Notes under the pieces: generated by a model
Told to the model about the DNA's origin: nothing
What the model saw: the letters and a program-made list of their open reading frames with translations, nothing else
The model's database searches: none
Shown here: in pieces, positions 114,500-124,000 of the stretch
Layout: each line of letters opens with the position of its first letter
Position numbering within the stretch: position 1 is the stretch's first letter
Assembly: GCF_000737315.1 (NCBI RefSeq)
Contig: NZ_JMCB01000002.1
Location: 20,001 to 144,000, forward strand
DNA length: 124,000 nucleotides
Origin: Hyalangium minutum
Lineage (GTDB): Bacteria > Myxococcota > Myxococcia > Myxococcales > Myxococcaceae
Direction of reading: 5' to 3'
Made by a program: the position numbers and the translations under genes

Positions 114500-116551
114500 C
114501 TACTTGCGGTTGAGGTACGTCCGCTCGAAGTTGCTCATCATGAACTCGACGCTGCGGCGGTCGTCGGCGCTGTCGGCGGCGGCCGCGCCCTTGCGGATGC
114601 GGTCGAACATGTTGCGGGCGGACGAGGCGTCCTTGATTTGCCCCGACTTGATGAGCCCCTCCATGTCGCGCCGGAGGCGATCCACGCTGTTCAGCAGCTC
114701 CTGCTGAGCGGCGGAGCGGGTGTTGCCCGGGCGGGGCGTCGTCTTCACGGTGCCCGGCTTGGACGCCTCGGTCGGATCCACGGGCAGCTGCGGCGTGGGC
114801 GTCGTCTCGGGCGCGGGGGTGGGGTTCACCGGGGTGCCCGGGTTCGGCGTCGGAGGCGTGATGGCTTCGGTGGGGGTCGTCGCGACCGGGTTGGCCGGAG
114901 GCGTCACCGGCGGCGTGGGGTTCGGCTGCGTCGGCTGCGGAGGAGGCGTGACAGGCCCGGTCGGCGTGGCCACGACGGGAGGCGTGTTCACCGGAGTGTC
115001 CGTCCCACGGCTGCGGAACAGCAGCACGCCGACGGCTCCCAGCAGCACCGCGGCAGCCACTGCGATGGGCACCACGCGCTTGTTGGGCGAGGTGAGGCCC
115101 GCGGCGCGCTTCTCCGCGGGAGAGAGCTCGGGCGACGGCAGCGGAGCCGGCGGGGTGGCCTGGCGCGGCACCGGCTCCTCGGCCTTCGCGGCCATGGGGA
115201 CAGGAACGGGTTGCTCCCCGGTCATGGGCGCCAGGGACACCGGATCCGGCGGCGCGGGCACCGCCGGGACCTTCACCGAGTCGGAGATGACGACGACGGC
115301 GGAGACCTCTTCGGTGGACGGAGCCGAGGCGGCGGGGGCGGGCGTGGGCGTGAGGGCCCGGGCAGGAGCGATCTGGGCGGCCGCGGCGGCCTGGGCCCGC
115401 GTGGGCCGCAGCATGGTGCGGCGCAGGCGGTGGAGCTGCTGGCGCAGGGCATCCGCGGAGCTGGGGCGAGCCTCCGGATCCTTCGTCAGCATCTGCAGGA
115501 TGAAGGCATCCAGCGCGGGCGGCAGCTCGGGCACGAACTCCGAGGGCCGAGGCGGCCGCGCGTCCACGTGCTTCATCAGCAGGTCCACCGGCGAGGTGCC
115601 GATGAAGGGCAGCCGGCCGGTGACCATCTCGAAGGTGACGACGCCCATGGCGTACAGGTCCGTCATCGGACCCACGGCCTGGCCGCGGGCCTGCTCCGGC
115701 GCCATGTACTCCGGCGTGCCCACCACCATGTCCGTGCGCGTCTGCGCGGTGCGCGCGGCCGCGCCGCTCTGGCCCTGCTTGGCGAGACCGAAGTCCAGCA
115801 GCTTCACGTAGCGCGTGCCGCCCGGCTCGCGTACCAGGAAGATGTTGCTCGGCTTCAGGTCGCGGTGCACCACGCCCGCGCCGTGCGCGGCGCCCAGCGC
115901 GGCCAGCACCTCATCGAGGATGGAGAGCGCCTCGGTGGGCGGCAGCCGCCCCTTCTCCGCCAGATAGGCGTCGAGCGGCTGCCCATCCAGGAACTCCATG
116001 ACGATGTACTGCCGCCCGTCCGGCACCTGCCCGAAGCCGAAGATGTCGATGATGCCGCGGTGGCGGATGGCGTTGACGGCGCGGGCCTCGGCCAGCAGGC
116101 GAGCCACCTGCTCGGGGGCCTGCGCCAGCTCGGGCCGCAGCACCTTCACCGCCACGCGCTTGCCAATGAGTGGCTGGATGCCGTCGTACACGAAGCCCAT
116201 GCCGCCCACGCCGATGCGCGAGCGCAGCTCGTACTCCCCGAGCTTCATGCCGATCAGCGGATCTCTCGTGGGTGGCTCTTCTCCCCACATGGCGGCGGTG
116301 GCCGCAGCGGCCTGAGAGTCATCCGCGGTGGGGCTGCGAGGAGGTGCCTCCTCGCCCCAGGCGAATGGGGCCGAGCGCCCGCGAGAGGGAGGCTCTTCGC
116401 CCCACACGTTCCGACGATGATCGATCTGGGTGCTCTCTTCGTCGTCTCGGGCCATGAAGGACGAAAGGATGACCGTTCCGTCCCGTGGGCACACGCCGGC
116501 GCCAGGAGGGACTTCCAGACCACAGGTTTCACACGTGCGCGCGGAGGCCAT
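114500..116551 (-). CDS. Membrane Ser/Thr protein kinase with N-terminal CxxC...C and Pro-rich extracellular region
   Basis: IGVGGMG, HRDLKPSN, DFG, GTPEYMAPEQ; TM VVPIAVAAAVLLGAVGVLLF. Confidence 0.93.
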   Translation of the reverse strand: MASARTCETCGLEVPPGAGVCPRDGTVILSSFMARDDEESTQIDHRRNVWGEEPPSRGRSAPFAWGEEAPPRSPTADDSQAAAATAAMWGEEPPTRDPLIGMKLGEYELRSRIGVGGMGFVYDGIQPLIGKRVAVKVLRPELAQAPEQVARLLAEARAVNAIRHRGIIDIFGFGQVPDGRQYIVMEFLDGQPLDAYLAEKGRLPPTEALSILDEVLAALGAAHGAGVVHRDLKPSNIFLVREPGGTRYVKLLDFGLAKQGQSGAAARTAQTRTDMVVGTPEYMAPEQARGQAVGPMTDLYAMGVVTFEMVTGRLPFIGTSPVDLLMKHVDARPPRPSEFVPELPPALDAFILQMLTKDPEARPSSADALRQQLHRLRRTMLRPTRAQAAAAAQIAPARALTPTPAPAASAPSTEEVSAVVVISDSVKVPAVPAPPDPVSLAPMTGEQPVPVPMAAKAEEPVPRQATPPAPLPSPELSPAEKRAAGLTSPNKRVVPIAVAAAVLLGAVGVLLFRSRGTDTPVNTPPVVATPTGPVTPPPQPTQPNPTPPVTPPANPVATTPTEAITPPTPNPGTPVNPTPAPETTPTPQLPVDPTEASKPGTVKTTPRPGNTRSAAQQELLNSVDRLRRDMEGLIKSGQIKDASSARNMFDRIRKGAAAADSADDRRSVEFMMSNFERTYLNRK

Positions 116552-116701
116552 CGGGGAATTCAGGGCTCGCAGCCTAGCAGACTGCGGGACTGTCGCCGAT
116601 CTGTCGATTCCAGGAAAGCAGGGAAGCAGACAGGCGCCTCGGAGCGCCTCGCCAACCCCCGTGACGGGTAGATCGCCCTACCCACACGCAGCAGGAGAGG
116701 A

Positions 116702-118330
116702 TCAGGGGCAGCCTGGGGAGTTGAGCTGCTGCCCCGGCTGTCCGGCATTTCCCCCGGTACCCGGAGCTCCACCTACACCGCCGTCCCCGAGCACCATCGT
116801 CGCGCTGCCGGTGTAGGCGGCATTCGGGCCGCACCAGATGCCCACGGAGGGCCCGCCGCCACCGCCGCCGCCGGGGCCGCCCGGACCCCCATGGCCTCCG
116901 GGGCCACCCGGGCCGCCGTCTCCGCCATAGGAGTTGTAGGTGGCCGAGGTGTTGATGCCGCGCGCGCCGCCGATACCACCGGGGCCACCGCCGCCGCCAG
117001 GTCCGCCCTCGCCGCCCTTGCCACCCCGGCCGCCGCCGCGAGTGATGAGCGTCGAGTCTCCCTCGAAGGAGACGTTGGATTGGACCAGCAGCACGGCGAT
117101 GGAGGCGCCACCGCCACCGCCGCCGCCGCCAGCACCACCACCACATCCGCCGCCACCACCACCGCCACTTCCACCTCCCGAGGCGCCTTCGACAATCGGG
117201 GCCGACTCACGCTTGCACGAGCCACCACTGCCACCGCCGCCGCCACCGCTGCCAGGGGTGCCCGGGTCCCCGGAGCCGCCCTGCTGGTTGGCGACCCACT
117301 GGGTGCCAAGCAGCTCGCCCATGCCCGAGCCGCTGGAGCCCGGCGTGCCTGCGTTGCCCGGTTGGCCTGGCAGGCCCGGCCCGCCCGTGCCGGCCGTGCA
117401 GACGATCAGAGGAGGGGAGGTATTGGTGGAACCCGCTGCACCTCCGGCTCCGCCCTCGCCTCCCAAGGCCGTTGGATTGCCCTTCAGCCCTGCGAAGCCC
117501 GCCGAGGAGTTGCCTCCCTGGGCGCCGTTGTTGCCATCTCCGCCTGAGACGTTCACCCCATCGCAGAGGGTGAGGCCACCGGCGCCGTAGCTCCCCGCGT
117601 TGGCAACGCCACCATCGCCGCCGGGGTTGCCCACGCCGCCATCCAACCCCTGGCTCCCATTGGCCCCGAGGGTCCCCTGTGCTCCCAGACCCGCAATGAA
117701 GGTGCTGTAGCGCAGCCGGATGTCCTGCGAGTTGATGACCTGCAGGGCAATGGAGGCGGTGCCTGGGGCAGTCGCGTTGTCGGAGCGGACGGTGAGGTGA
117801 TCCAGCACCGCGGGTGAGCTCGGAGTGATGTCCTTGATGACCAGACCGATGGGACCGCCATCCAGGAAGCTGGTGAAGCTGTTGCTGCGATCCCAGTTGT
117901 TGTCGCGCCCGCCATAGGCGCCGTACAGCGAGATCTGGCTGTCGATGGTGAGCCCTGGTTCGTTGTAGGCGCCCTGCGCGAGGTACACGCGCTTGGGCGC
118001 GTTGGGCGCCTTCGTACGCTCGAGCGCCTCGCCGAGCGTCAGCAGTGGGTCCTCGGAGGTGCCCGCGCCGCCGGCCCTTCCGCGGATCGGATCCACGAAG
118101 ATGCCGCCGTCGGCCATGCCGTCCACGCCGTCGCAGTTGCGATCGCGGAATTCGTCATCGGGCTCGTCGTCATCGCCCTGGAACTGACAGGCCACGCCGC
118201 CATCCGGTTTGACACAGTTGCCGGTGGTCTCGCAGCGCTGCTTCGCCTCATCGAAGTTGAAGCAACCCACGGCGGCGAGCACGCCCACCAGCGATGCCCC
118301 GATCAGGCGGGGCTTCCACGTATTCAGCAT
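116702..118330 (-). CDS. Gly-rich (PE-PGRS/collagen-like) lipoprotein with DUF1565-like beta-helix
   Basis: AAVGC lipobox; DRNCDGVDG repeat; GTSEDPLLTLGEAL; long GGxGG tracts. Confidence 0.8.
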   Translation of the reverse strand: MLNTWKPRLIGASLVGVLAAVGCFNFDEAKQRCETTGNCVKPDGGVACQFQGDDDEPDDEFRDRNCDGVDGMADGGIFVDPIRGRAGGAGTSEDPLLTLGEALERTKAPNAPKRVYLAQGAYNEPGLTIDSQISLYGAYGGRDNNWDRSNSFTSFLDGGPIGLVIKDITPSSPAVLDHLTVRSDNATAPGTASIALQVINSQDIRLRYSTFIAGLGAQGTLGANGSQGLDGGVGNPGGDGGVANAGSYGAGGLTLCDGVNVSGGDGNNGAQGGNSSAGFAGLKGNPTALGGEGGAGGAAGSTNTSPPLIVCTAGTGGPGLPGQPGNAGTPGSSGSGMGELLGTQWVANQQGGSGDPGTPGSGGGGGGSGGSCKRESAPIVEGASGGGSGGGGGGGCGGGAGGGGGGGGASIAVLLVQSNVSFEGDSTLITRGGGRGGKGGEGGPGGGGGPGGIGGARGINTSATYNSYGGDGGPGGPGGHGGPGGPGGGGGGGPSVGIWCGPNAAYTGSATMVLGDGGVGGAPGTGGNAGQPGQQLNSPGCP

Positions 118331-118338
118331 AACGCTCC

Positions 118339-119340
118339 TCACGGCCACGTCCCGACCAGACCCACCATGCCCCCACCGGGGCCCACGGTGACAGTGGGCT
118401 GCACCGGCTTTTCATCTCCAGGGAACAGATAAAACACGCCCGCCGTCACGAGCGCGGCGGCGCCCACTCCAAAGGTGATGCGGCTCAGGTTCTGGGCGCT
118501 GCGCCCATCTCTGGCGAGCTCATCCGGGTTTCGGATGGGGCTGTCGGGGCTGCCGCCCGAGGAAAGCTCGTTGTACTTGCTCCGCGCCTTCAGGAAGAAG
118601 AACGTGCCCGCACCCGCGGAGGCCACGCCCACTGCGGCGGGCGCCCAGGCCCAGCGGCGCAGATTGGCCTTTGGAGCGGGCTTGGCCGGCACGGGCTCCA
118701 CCACCGGAGGCGGCTTCACCAGGGTGTCGCCCGGAGGTGGCTTCACCAGGGTGTCGCCCGGAGGCGGCTCGGTTCCGCCCGTCGGAGTCGAGGGGGTGGT
118801 GTCGGGAGGCGGCTGTGGAACTTCGGGCGGTGCCTGCGAGGGGCGCAGCTGTCGGATCAGCTGCGGTACCACCGCATCCAGGGACTGAGTGAGCGCGTCG
118901 AGCATTCCGTCCTCTCGGACCCCGGGAATGAGGTTCTCGGACACGAGCCCGCCATCGGATGTCTTGTAGATCTTCGTGCCCACGCGGTAGCCGTCCACGC
119001 GTTGCAGCAGCTCGGCCACCAACACCACGTCGCTCTTGGCCGCCTCGCCCAGCGCGGTGAGGCACCGCAGCTCCGTGCGCTTGCACTTCAAGAGCTGGCG
119101 GCGCTTGGCGGAGGACAGCTTGCGCATGAAGTCCTTCATCCGGATCACCGTGAGGCCCTTGGAGCGGGCCTGCTCGGCGACGTGCTCCTGGGCGAACTCC
119201 ACGACGTGCCCCGGCACGCCCGCTGTGTCCGCGGGGGCGATCAGCACGGTGATGGGCCCATCCGCGGCGGCGGGCGCCTGGTTGAGCAGGACGAAGGTGA
119301 GGAGAAGGGGTGTCAGCACGGGGGGTGACTTTCTCCTCAT
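118339..119340 (-). CDS. Secreted/membrane hypothetical protein of myxobacterial type
   Basis: Signal peptide; CKRTELRC; Pro-rich linker; C-terminal TM hairpin and GGMVGLVGTWP. Confidence 0.7.
   Translation of the reverse strand: MRRKSPPVLTPLLLTFVLLNQAPAAADGPITVLIAPADTAGVPGHVVEFAQEHVAEQARSKGLTVIRMKDFMRKLSSAKRRQLLKCKRTELRCLTALGEAAKSDVVLVAELLQRVDGYRVGTKIYKTSDGGLVSENLIPGVREDGMLDALTQSLDAVVPQLIRQLRPSQAPPEVPQPPPDTTPSTPTGGTEPPPGDTLVKPPPGDTLVKPPPVVEPVPAKPAPKANLRRWAWAPAAVGVASAGAGTFFFLKARSKYNELSSGGSPDSPIRNPDELARDGRSAQNLSRITFGVGAAALVTAGVFYLFPGDEKPVQPTVTVGPGGGMVGLVGTWP
118704..118769. repeat. 27-bp tandem repeat (about 2.4 copies) encoding PPPGDTLVK
   Basis: CCGGAGGCGGCTTCACCAGGGTGTCGC at 118704 and 118731, partial copy at 118758. 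Confidence 0.85.
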
Positions 119341-119523
119341 GCTGCCACTCAAGCAAGACTGTGACTGCGCCCCAGGGCTCTCCCGGGCAAAGGCAGGCCC
119401 CAGGGCTGCCGCTCCCCGTTGTGCCCAGCCACTCTCCCTGTCCTGGAGGGCGGTAGGACACTGCCCTACTTATCTCTTGGGTTGGCTTCGCCTGGGAGCG
119501 GGCTTCGGGCCAAAAGGGCCGGT

Positions 119524-121374
119524 TCAGCGGCGCGGGCGGTCGGGCGGAGGAGCGCGGATTTGCGTCTTCTCGCTGTTTCCCGAGTTGGAGCCAGCATCAT
119601 CCTCCGCCTCGTCCTCGGGGGCCGGACGGGCGGTGGCGACAGGTGCCGGGCGGCGAGGAGGCACGCCAGCGGGGGGCCGGACGGCGGGGCTGGAGCCGGT
119701 GGTCGCCCGGTTGGGCACCCCTGCGGGCGCAGGCAAGGGGCGGCGGGGAGGGGCGGAGGCGGGACGAGAGGAGGCGGCCTCCGCGAGCAGATCCTCGGAG
119801 ATCTCCACCTTGGGTTCGTCCTTGGGAGGCATGCCCGAGTGGGTGGAGTCCTCCTGCGGCGCGCTGAGGTCATCCTCCTCGGCGGCGCGGGCGAAGGGGT
119901 TGCGGGTGGGCGGCGGCGTCTTGTCCTCGTCGGACAGGGCGTTCTGCGCGGGCCGAGGCGGGGGAGGGGACCGGGCCTGCGCCGAAGCGGGCGCCGGAGG
120001 CGGCTTCGCGGCGGACGTGGGAGCCGGCTTGGCCATGGAGGGCGGCAGGTTGGCGGGCACCTGCACCTGCGCGGCGGGTGCGGGCGGCAGGGCGGGTGCG
120101 GCGGGCTTGCCGTCCTTGGCGTGCTGCGCGTCCACCTGGAGCTTCTTCTCGAAGTCCTGCCACTGCTTCTTGTACTCGGAGGGATCCGGCCGGCCCTGCT
120201 CGCGGTGCTTCAGCGAGGGCGCCCAGCGCACCTCGTACGAAGAGCCCACCTGGAACGAGGGCGGAGGCGGCACGCCATAGGTGGCGGGGTCGAAGAAGGA
120301 CTCGTCCAGGTCCTGGAAGCCGTACGCGCGGGCCTTGGAGACGAAGGTGGGGACGATGCCGGTGGGCGCGTGGTAGCCGAGGATGTGGCCGTCCTCGTCC
120401 TTGGTCACCGGGGTGAAGACGAAGATGTCCTGGGTGCGGTAGTCGCCCTTCTCGTTGAGCGGGAGCACCTCGGAGAGGGCAATCGTCTTGCGGCTGCCGT
120501 CATGGAGACGCTCGCAGCAGACGATGAAGTTGATGGCGCTGGCCACCTGGGCGCGCACGGCGACCATGGGCAGCTCCACGGCGGACATGAGGCACAGCGA
120601 CTCGATGCGGCGCAGCGTGTCCGTGGGCGTGTTGGCGTGACAGGTGGCCAGCGAGCCGCCGTGGCCGGTGTTCATCGCCTGCACCAGGTAGAAGGCCTCG
120701 CCGCCGCGCACCTCGCCCACGACGATGCGGTCTGGGCGCAGACGCAGGGCCGAGTGCAGCAGGTCTCCCATGTCCACGCCGCCCTTGCCGAACTTGTCCG
120801 GCGGGCGGCTCTCGAAGGCCACCAGGTGCGACTGGTTGAGCTGGAGCTCCGCCGAGTCCTCGATGGTGAGGATGCGCTCCTCGTCCGGGATGAGCGAGGA
120901 GACGATGTTGAGCAGCGTCGTCTTTCCGGAGCCCGTACCGCCGGACACCAGCATGTTGAGCTTGGTGTGGATGCCCGCGTCGATGAGGCGCGCCATCTGC
121001 GGCGTCATCGACTTGTACTGGATGAGCGCGTCGATCGTCAGCTTGTCCTTGAAGAACTTGCGGATCGAGATGGTGGTGCCGCGCCGGGCGATGGGCGGAA
121101 TCACGACGTGGATACGGCTGCCGTCGGGCAGACGCGCGTCCAGGCGGGGGCGCTCGTCGCTGAGGATGCGGCCGACGAACTGCGCCATGTTGCGCGCGGC
121201 GCCCAGGAGGCCTTCCTCGGAGAAGACGGCGTCTGTTTTCGACAGGCGGCCCTTCTTCTCGATCCAGATGTCGGCCGGACCGTTGATCATGATCTCCGAG
121301 ACGGCGGGATCATCCAGGTACGGGAGGACCGGCTTGAGAAACGCCCGAAGCGACTCTGTGTACATCGAGGACAT
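119524..121374 (-). CDS. CpaF/TadA-family secretion ATPase with long Pro-rich C-terminal extension
   Basis: SEIMING, RLDARLPDGSR, GGTGSGKTT, IEDSAEL, LRLRPDRIVVGEVRG, MNTGHGGS. Confidence 0.92.
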   Translation of the reverse strand: MSSMYTESLRAFLKPVLPYLDDPAVSEIMINGPADIWIEKKGRLSKTDAVFSEEGLLGAARNMAQFVGRILSDERPRLDARLPDGSRIHVVIPPIARRGTTISIRKFFKDKLTIDALIQYKSMTPQMARLIDAGIHTKLNMLVSGGTGSGKTTLLNIVSSLIPDEERILTIEDSAELQLNQSHLVAFESRPPDKFGKGGVDMGDLLHSALRLRPDRIVVGEVRGGEAFYLVQAMNTGHGGSLATCHANTPTDTLRRIESLCLMSAVELPMVAVRAQVASAINFIVCCERLHDGSRKTIALSEVLPLNEKGDYRTQDIFVFTPVTKDEDGHILGYHAPTGIVPTFVSKARAYGFQDLDESFFDPATYGVPPPPSFQVGSSYEVRWAPSLKHREQGRPDPSEYKKQWQDFEKKLQVDAQHAKDGKPAAPALPPAPAAQVQVPANLPPSMAKPAPTSAAKPPPAPASAQARSPPPPRPAQNALSDEDKTPPPTRNPFARAAEEDDLSAPQEDSTHSGMPPKDEPKVEISEDLLAEAASSRPASAPPRRPLPAPAGVPNRATTGSSPAVRPPAGVPPRRPAPVATARPAPEDEAEDDAGSNSGNSEKTQIRAPPPDRPRR

Positions 121375-121451
121375 GGCGGAGCAAGGCTAGCCCGAGCCGC
121401 GCCCTGAACCCAACATCCCGTGGTCGCTTCCCTGCCGAGGGGAGGGGCGGC

Positions 121452-122690
121452 CTACATCCTCCCGAGCGCGTGCAACCCCAGGCCGGCCACGGCCGCCAAG
121501 GCGATGACGGCCATGGGGGTCAGCCGGGCCTTGGAGCGGAAGAGGACGGCGAGGGCCACGGCGAAGACGAGCCCGGTGGGCACGTCATGCACGGCGGCGC
121601 GCAGCAAGGGGAGCGCGGTGCCACCAATGAGGCCCACGACGCCCACAGTGACGCCCTCGAGGAAGACGCGGGCGCGCGGGTGGTGGAGCATGCGCTCCAG
121701 CGGGTCATGGGCGAGCAGCGTCAGCCCGAAGGCCGGGGCGAAGATGCCGGCGGTGATCGCCAGGGCTCCGGCCAAGCCGCCTCCGAGGTAGCCCACGAAG
121801 GTGCCGAAGATGATCAAAGGAGAAGGCAGCACTCCGCCAAGCGCGAGCCCATCGAGGAACTGCGCATCGGTCATCCACCCGCCCCGAGCCACCGCGTCAT
121901 TCTGGAGGAAGGGGATGGCGGTGTAAGCGCCACCGAAGGTCAGCAGGCCGGCGCGCAGGCCGGAGACGAGCAGGGAGAGCGTGCTCGGAGGCGCTCCGTT
122001 GGGAGCGGCGGCCGAGGCGGTGAGCGGCGCGGCGCTCTCGGGGGCATGGAAGGCGAGGAACAGGCCCACGCCCGTGGCGCACGCGGCGGTGAGGGCCAGT
122101 GCTCCCGCGCGCGAGCCTGCCTGGAGAAGTACGGTGGTGAGGCCGGCCCAGATGAGCGTGAGGGCGAAGTGCACCCCGAGCAGCTGGGCCACTGCGGCCA
122201 GCCCGGCGATGGCGAGCAACGGGCGCGACGTGAGCGAGTGGCCGCCGATGCGGTGGACGGCGCGGACGATGAGGGCGGCGACGGCGGCCTGCACCATCGT
122301 GAAGGCGGCCTTCACCCAGGGTGAACCCAGCCCGAAGTGCACATAGAGCCACGAGCACAGGAGCATGAGCAGGAGTCCAGGGAGCATGAAGCCCAGGCCG
122401 GCCAGCAGCCCGCCCACGCGGCCTCGGGAGAGCATGCCGAAGTAGACGCACAGCTCATGGGCCTCGGGGCCGGGGAGCACCTGGTACAGGGCGAGGGCCC
122501 GGTTGAAGTGGGCGGCGCTGACCCACTTCTCTTCCTCCACCAGCTCCTGGCGGACCATGGCGATCTGCGCGACGGGGCCGCCCCACGCCAGCAGCCCGAA
122601 GCGCAGGAAGCGCCAGAAGAGGCGGGGGAGCGGCTCGGTGGGGACGCGGGGCTCGGCCGACACGGGGCCGTGCGCCTCGGAGGGATTCAA
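121452..122690 (-). CDS. chrA: Chromate efflux transporter (long-chain CHR)
   Basis: FGLLAWGGP, QVLPGP, LLTFGGAY, QFLDGLALGGVLPSP. Confidence 0.88.
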   Translation of the reverse strand: MNPSEAHGPVSAEPRVPTEPLPRLFWRFLRFGLLAWGGPVAQIAMVRQELVEEEKWVSAAHFNRALALYQVLPGPEAHELCVYFGMLSRGRVGGLLAGLGFMLPGLLLMLLCSWLYVHFGLGSPWVKAAFTMVQAAVAALIVRAVHRIGGHSLTSRPLLAIAGLAAVAQLLGVHFALTLIWAGLTTVLLQAGSRAGALALTAACATGVGLFLAFHAPESAAPLTASAAAPNGAPPSTLSLLVSGLRAGLLTFGGAYTAIPFLQNDAVARGGWMTDAQFLDGLALGGVLPSPLIIFGTFVGYLGGGLAGALAITAGIFAPAFGLTLLAHDPLERMLHHPRARVFLEGVTVGVVGLIGGTALPLLRAAVHDVPTGLVFAVALAVLFRSKARLTPMAVIALAAVAGLGLHALGRM

Positions 122691-122698
122691 GGTATCTC

Positions 122699-122713
122699 CA
122701 CGGGACTCCCGTG
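122699..122713. promoter_or_regulatory. Perfect palindrome immediately upstream of the chrA start
   Basis: CACGGGA-C-TCCCGTG, 8 nt from the TTG at 122690. Confidence 0.4.
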
Positions 122714-122843
122714 ACTCTGCTGCCTCCCTCCCTCTCCGTCCAGCAACGAGCTTGTCAACGCCCGGCGGTGAACGCCTCCGCGCCGCTTTTTTACCCTACC
122801 TGCTACGTCCTCATGCTTGGATGGGACCTCTAGGGGAGGGTGT

Positions 122844-123518
122844 ATGCGGGAGAACCTACCGGCGGATTGGAGTGAGGTGTTGAGGGAGTCGCTGGAGTCG
122901 CCCTCGTTCCGGAAGCTCGAGCGCTTCGTGGAGGCCGAGCGCCGCAAGGCCATCGTCTATCCCTCGGAGGAGGAGCTCTTCTCCGCGTTCCGGCTGACGC
123001 CCTACGCCCATGTCCGGGTACTGCTGCTGGGGCAGGACCCGTACCACGGGCCAGGTCAGGCGCACGGGCTGGCTTTCTCGGTGAAGCCGGGAGTGCCCCT
123101 GCCGCCCTCCCTGGTGAACATCTTCAAGGAGCTGCAGAGCGACCTGGGGCCGCCCCTGCGCACGAGCGGCTCGCTGGTACCTTGGGCGGAGCAGGGCGTG
123201 CTGCTGCTCAACGCCGTGCTGACCGTGCGCCAGGGCGAGGCCAACAGCCACGAGGGCCAGGGCTGGGAGGAGTTCACGGACGCAGTCATCCGGGCGGTGA
123301 ACGCGAAGCCGGAGCCGGTGGTGTTCCTGCTCTGGGGGAACTACGCGCGCAAGAAGCGGAAGCTCATCGACACGCAGCGTCATGAAGTCCTCGAGTCTCC
123401 GCACCCCTCGCCGCTCTCGGCCTCGGGAGGCTTCTTCGGCAGCCGCCCGTTCAGCCGCATCAATGAGGCGCTCATGCTCCGAGGGCAGCCTCCCATCGAC
123501 TGGCACCGGGTAGGGTAA
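122844..123518 (+). CDS. ung: Uracil-DNA glycosylase (family 1)
   Basis: GQDPYHG, GLAFS, GVLLLN, HPSPLS. Confidence 0.96.
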   Translation: MRENLPADWSEVLRESLESPSFRKLERFVEAERRKAIVYPSEEELFSAFRLTPYAHVRVLLLGQDPYHGPGQAHGLAFSVKPGVPLPPSLVNIFKELQSDLGPPLRTSGSLVPWAEQGVLLLNAVLTVRQGEANSHEGQGWEEFTDAVIRAVNAKPEPVVFLLWGNYARKKRKLIDTQRHEVLESPHPSPLSASGGFFGSRPFSRINEALMLRGQPPIDWHRVG

Positions 123519-123572
123519 CGTCCCGAGCATTCGGCGAGTCGTCGCGCGGTGCCTCTCTGCTAGGGTAGCCGC

Positions 123573-124000
123573 GTGTCGCTGATCTGGATGCTGATCCACT
123601 TCTTCTGTGCGGTGTTCGCCGCCGTGGGCGTAGGGCTGCTCGTGGCCGGGCTTCGCGATGCCTGGAAGTCCTCCCGCACCCAGAAGTGGCCTCGGGCCCA
123701 GGGCACGGTCGTCTCCACCGAGGAGCTCCAGCACCAGCGGCCCGTGCCCGAAGAGTCCGGCGGCGGCACCCGCATCCACTATGAGGCCCGGATCCATTAC
123801 GAATATTCAGTAGGTCGAGTCCATATCGGCTCGACGGTTGTAAGGCTCGGCCCCACCGAGACCAGCAACGAGAAGCAGGTCCAGGCCACCCTGGCGCGTT
123901 ACCTGCCCGGGCAGACCGTCCAGGTCGCCTACAACCCCCAGGATCCCACCGAGTCCGTGCTGGAAACCGGCCTCCACCCTCTGGACTTCACCCGGGCCAT
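123573..124000 (+). CDS. DUF3592-domain membrane protein, partial (runs off the window)
   Basis: Manual translation: TM, then WPRAQGTVVS...YEYSVG...VQVAYNPQDPTESVLE. Confidence 0.75.
   Translation, partial: MSLIWMLIHFFCAVFAAVGVGLLVAGLRDAWKSSRTQKWPRAQGTVVSTEELQHQRPVPEESGGGTRIHYEARIHYEYSVGRVHIGSTVVRLGPTETSNEKQVQATLARYLPGQTVQVAYNPQDPTESVLETGLHPLDFTRA

Noticed and set aside
116800-117700. GGC/CCG-rich low-complexity tract
   Set aside because: Explained by Gly-rich coding sequence of the PGRS-like lipoprotein

Overview
A 124-kb window of a very GC-rich chromosome, almost certainly a myxobacterium (Myxococcales, Cystobacterineae-like). This is inferred from several Ser/Thr kinases, DUF2378-type genes, many hybrid histidine kinases and a zf-HC2/TPR ECF anti-sigma locus. 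About 95 CDSs can be supported. Housekeeping genes include purL, rnz, dnaJ, ung, hppA, rapA/hepA, a cold-shock gene, ohr, an RND pump and an MsbA-like ABC transporter. I found no rRNA, tRNA, CRISPR array, transposase or integrase. Most of the long antisense ORFs in the track are GC shadow frames. Best leads: (1) An apparently co-transcribed FIST sensor, multi-receiver hybrid kinase, response regulator, divergent tryptophan-dioxygenase-family enzyme, kynureninase-like enzyme and O/N-methyltransferase (81610-89524). It resembles a signal-synthase plus sensor module for a Trp/anthranilate-derived small molecule. (2) A three-gene DUF559/Vsr-like nuclease, unknown protein and double P-loop (AAA-like + HerA/DUF87) cassette (14755-20349), a candidate defence or DNA-processing system. 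(3) An AT-rich insertion (about 34135-35820) inside a yidD-like/TPR operon, carrying a SLATT/DUF4231-like 2-TM gene, a decayed toxin-like 3' remnant and an orphan immunity-like gene. (4) A 13-HAMP hybrid kinase coupled to CheR and CheB homologues that both appear to lack catalytic residues. (5) A five-heme lipoprotein cytochrome, an MshEN-containing Ser/Thr kinase and a truncated anti-sigma/TPR gene. All family assignments come from motif recognition by eye and no database search was run.
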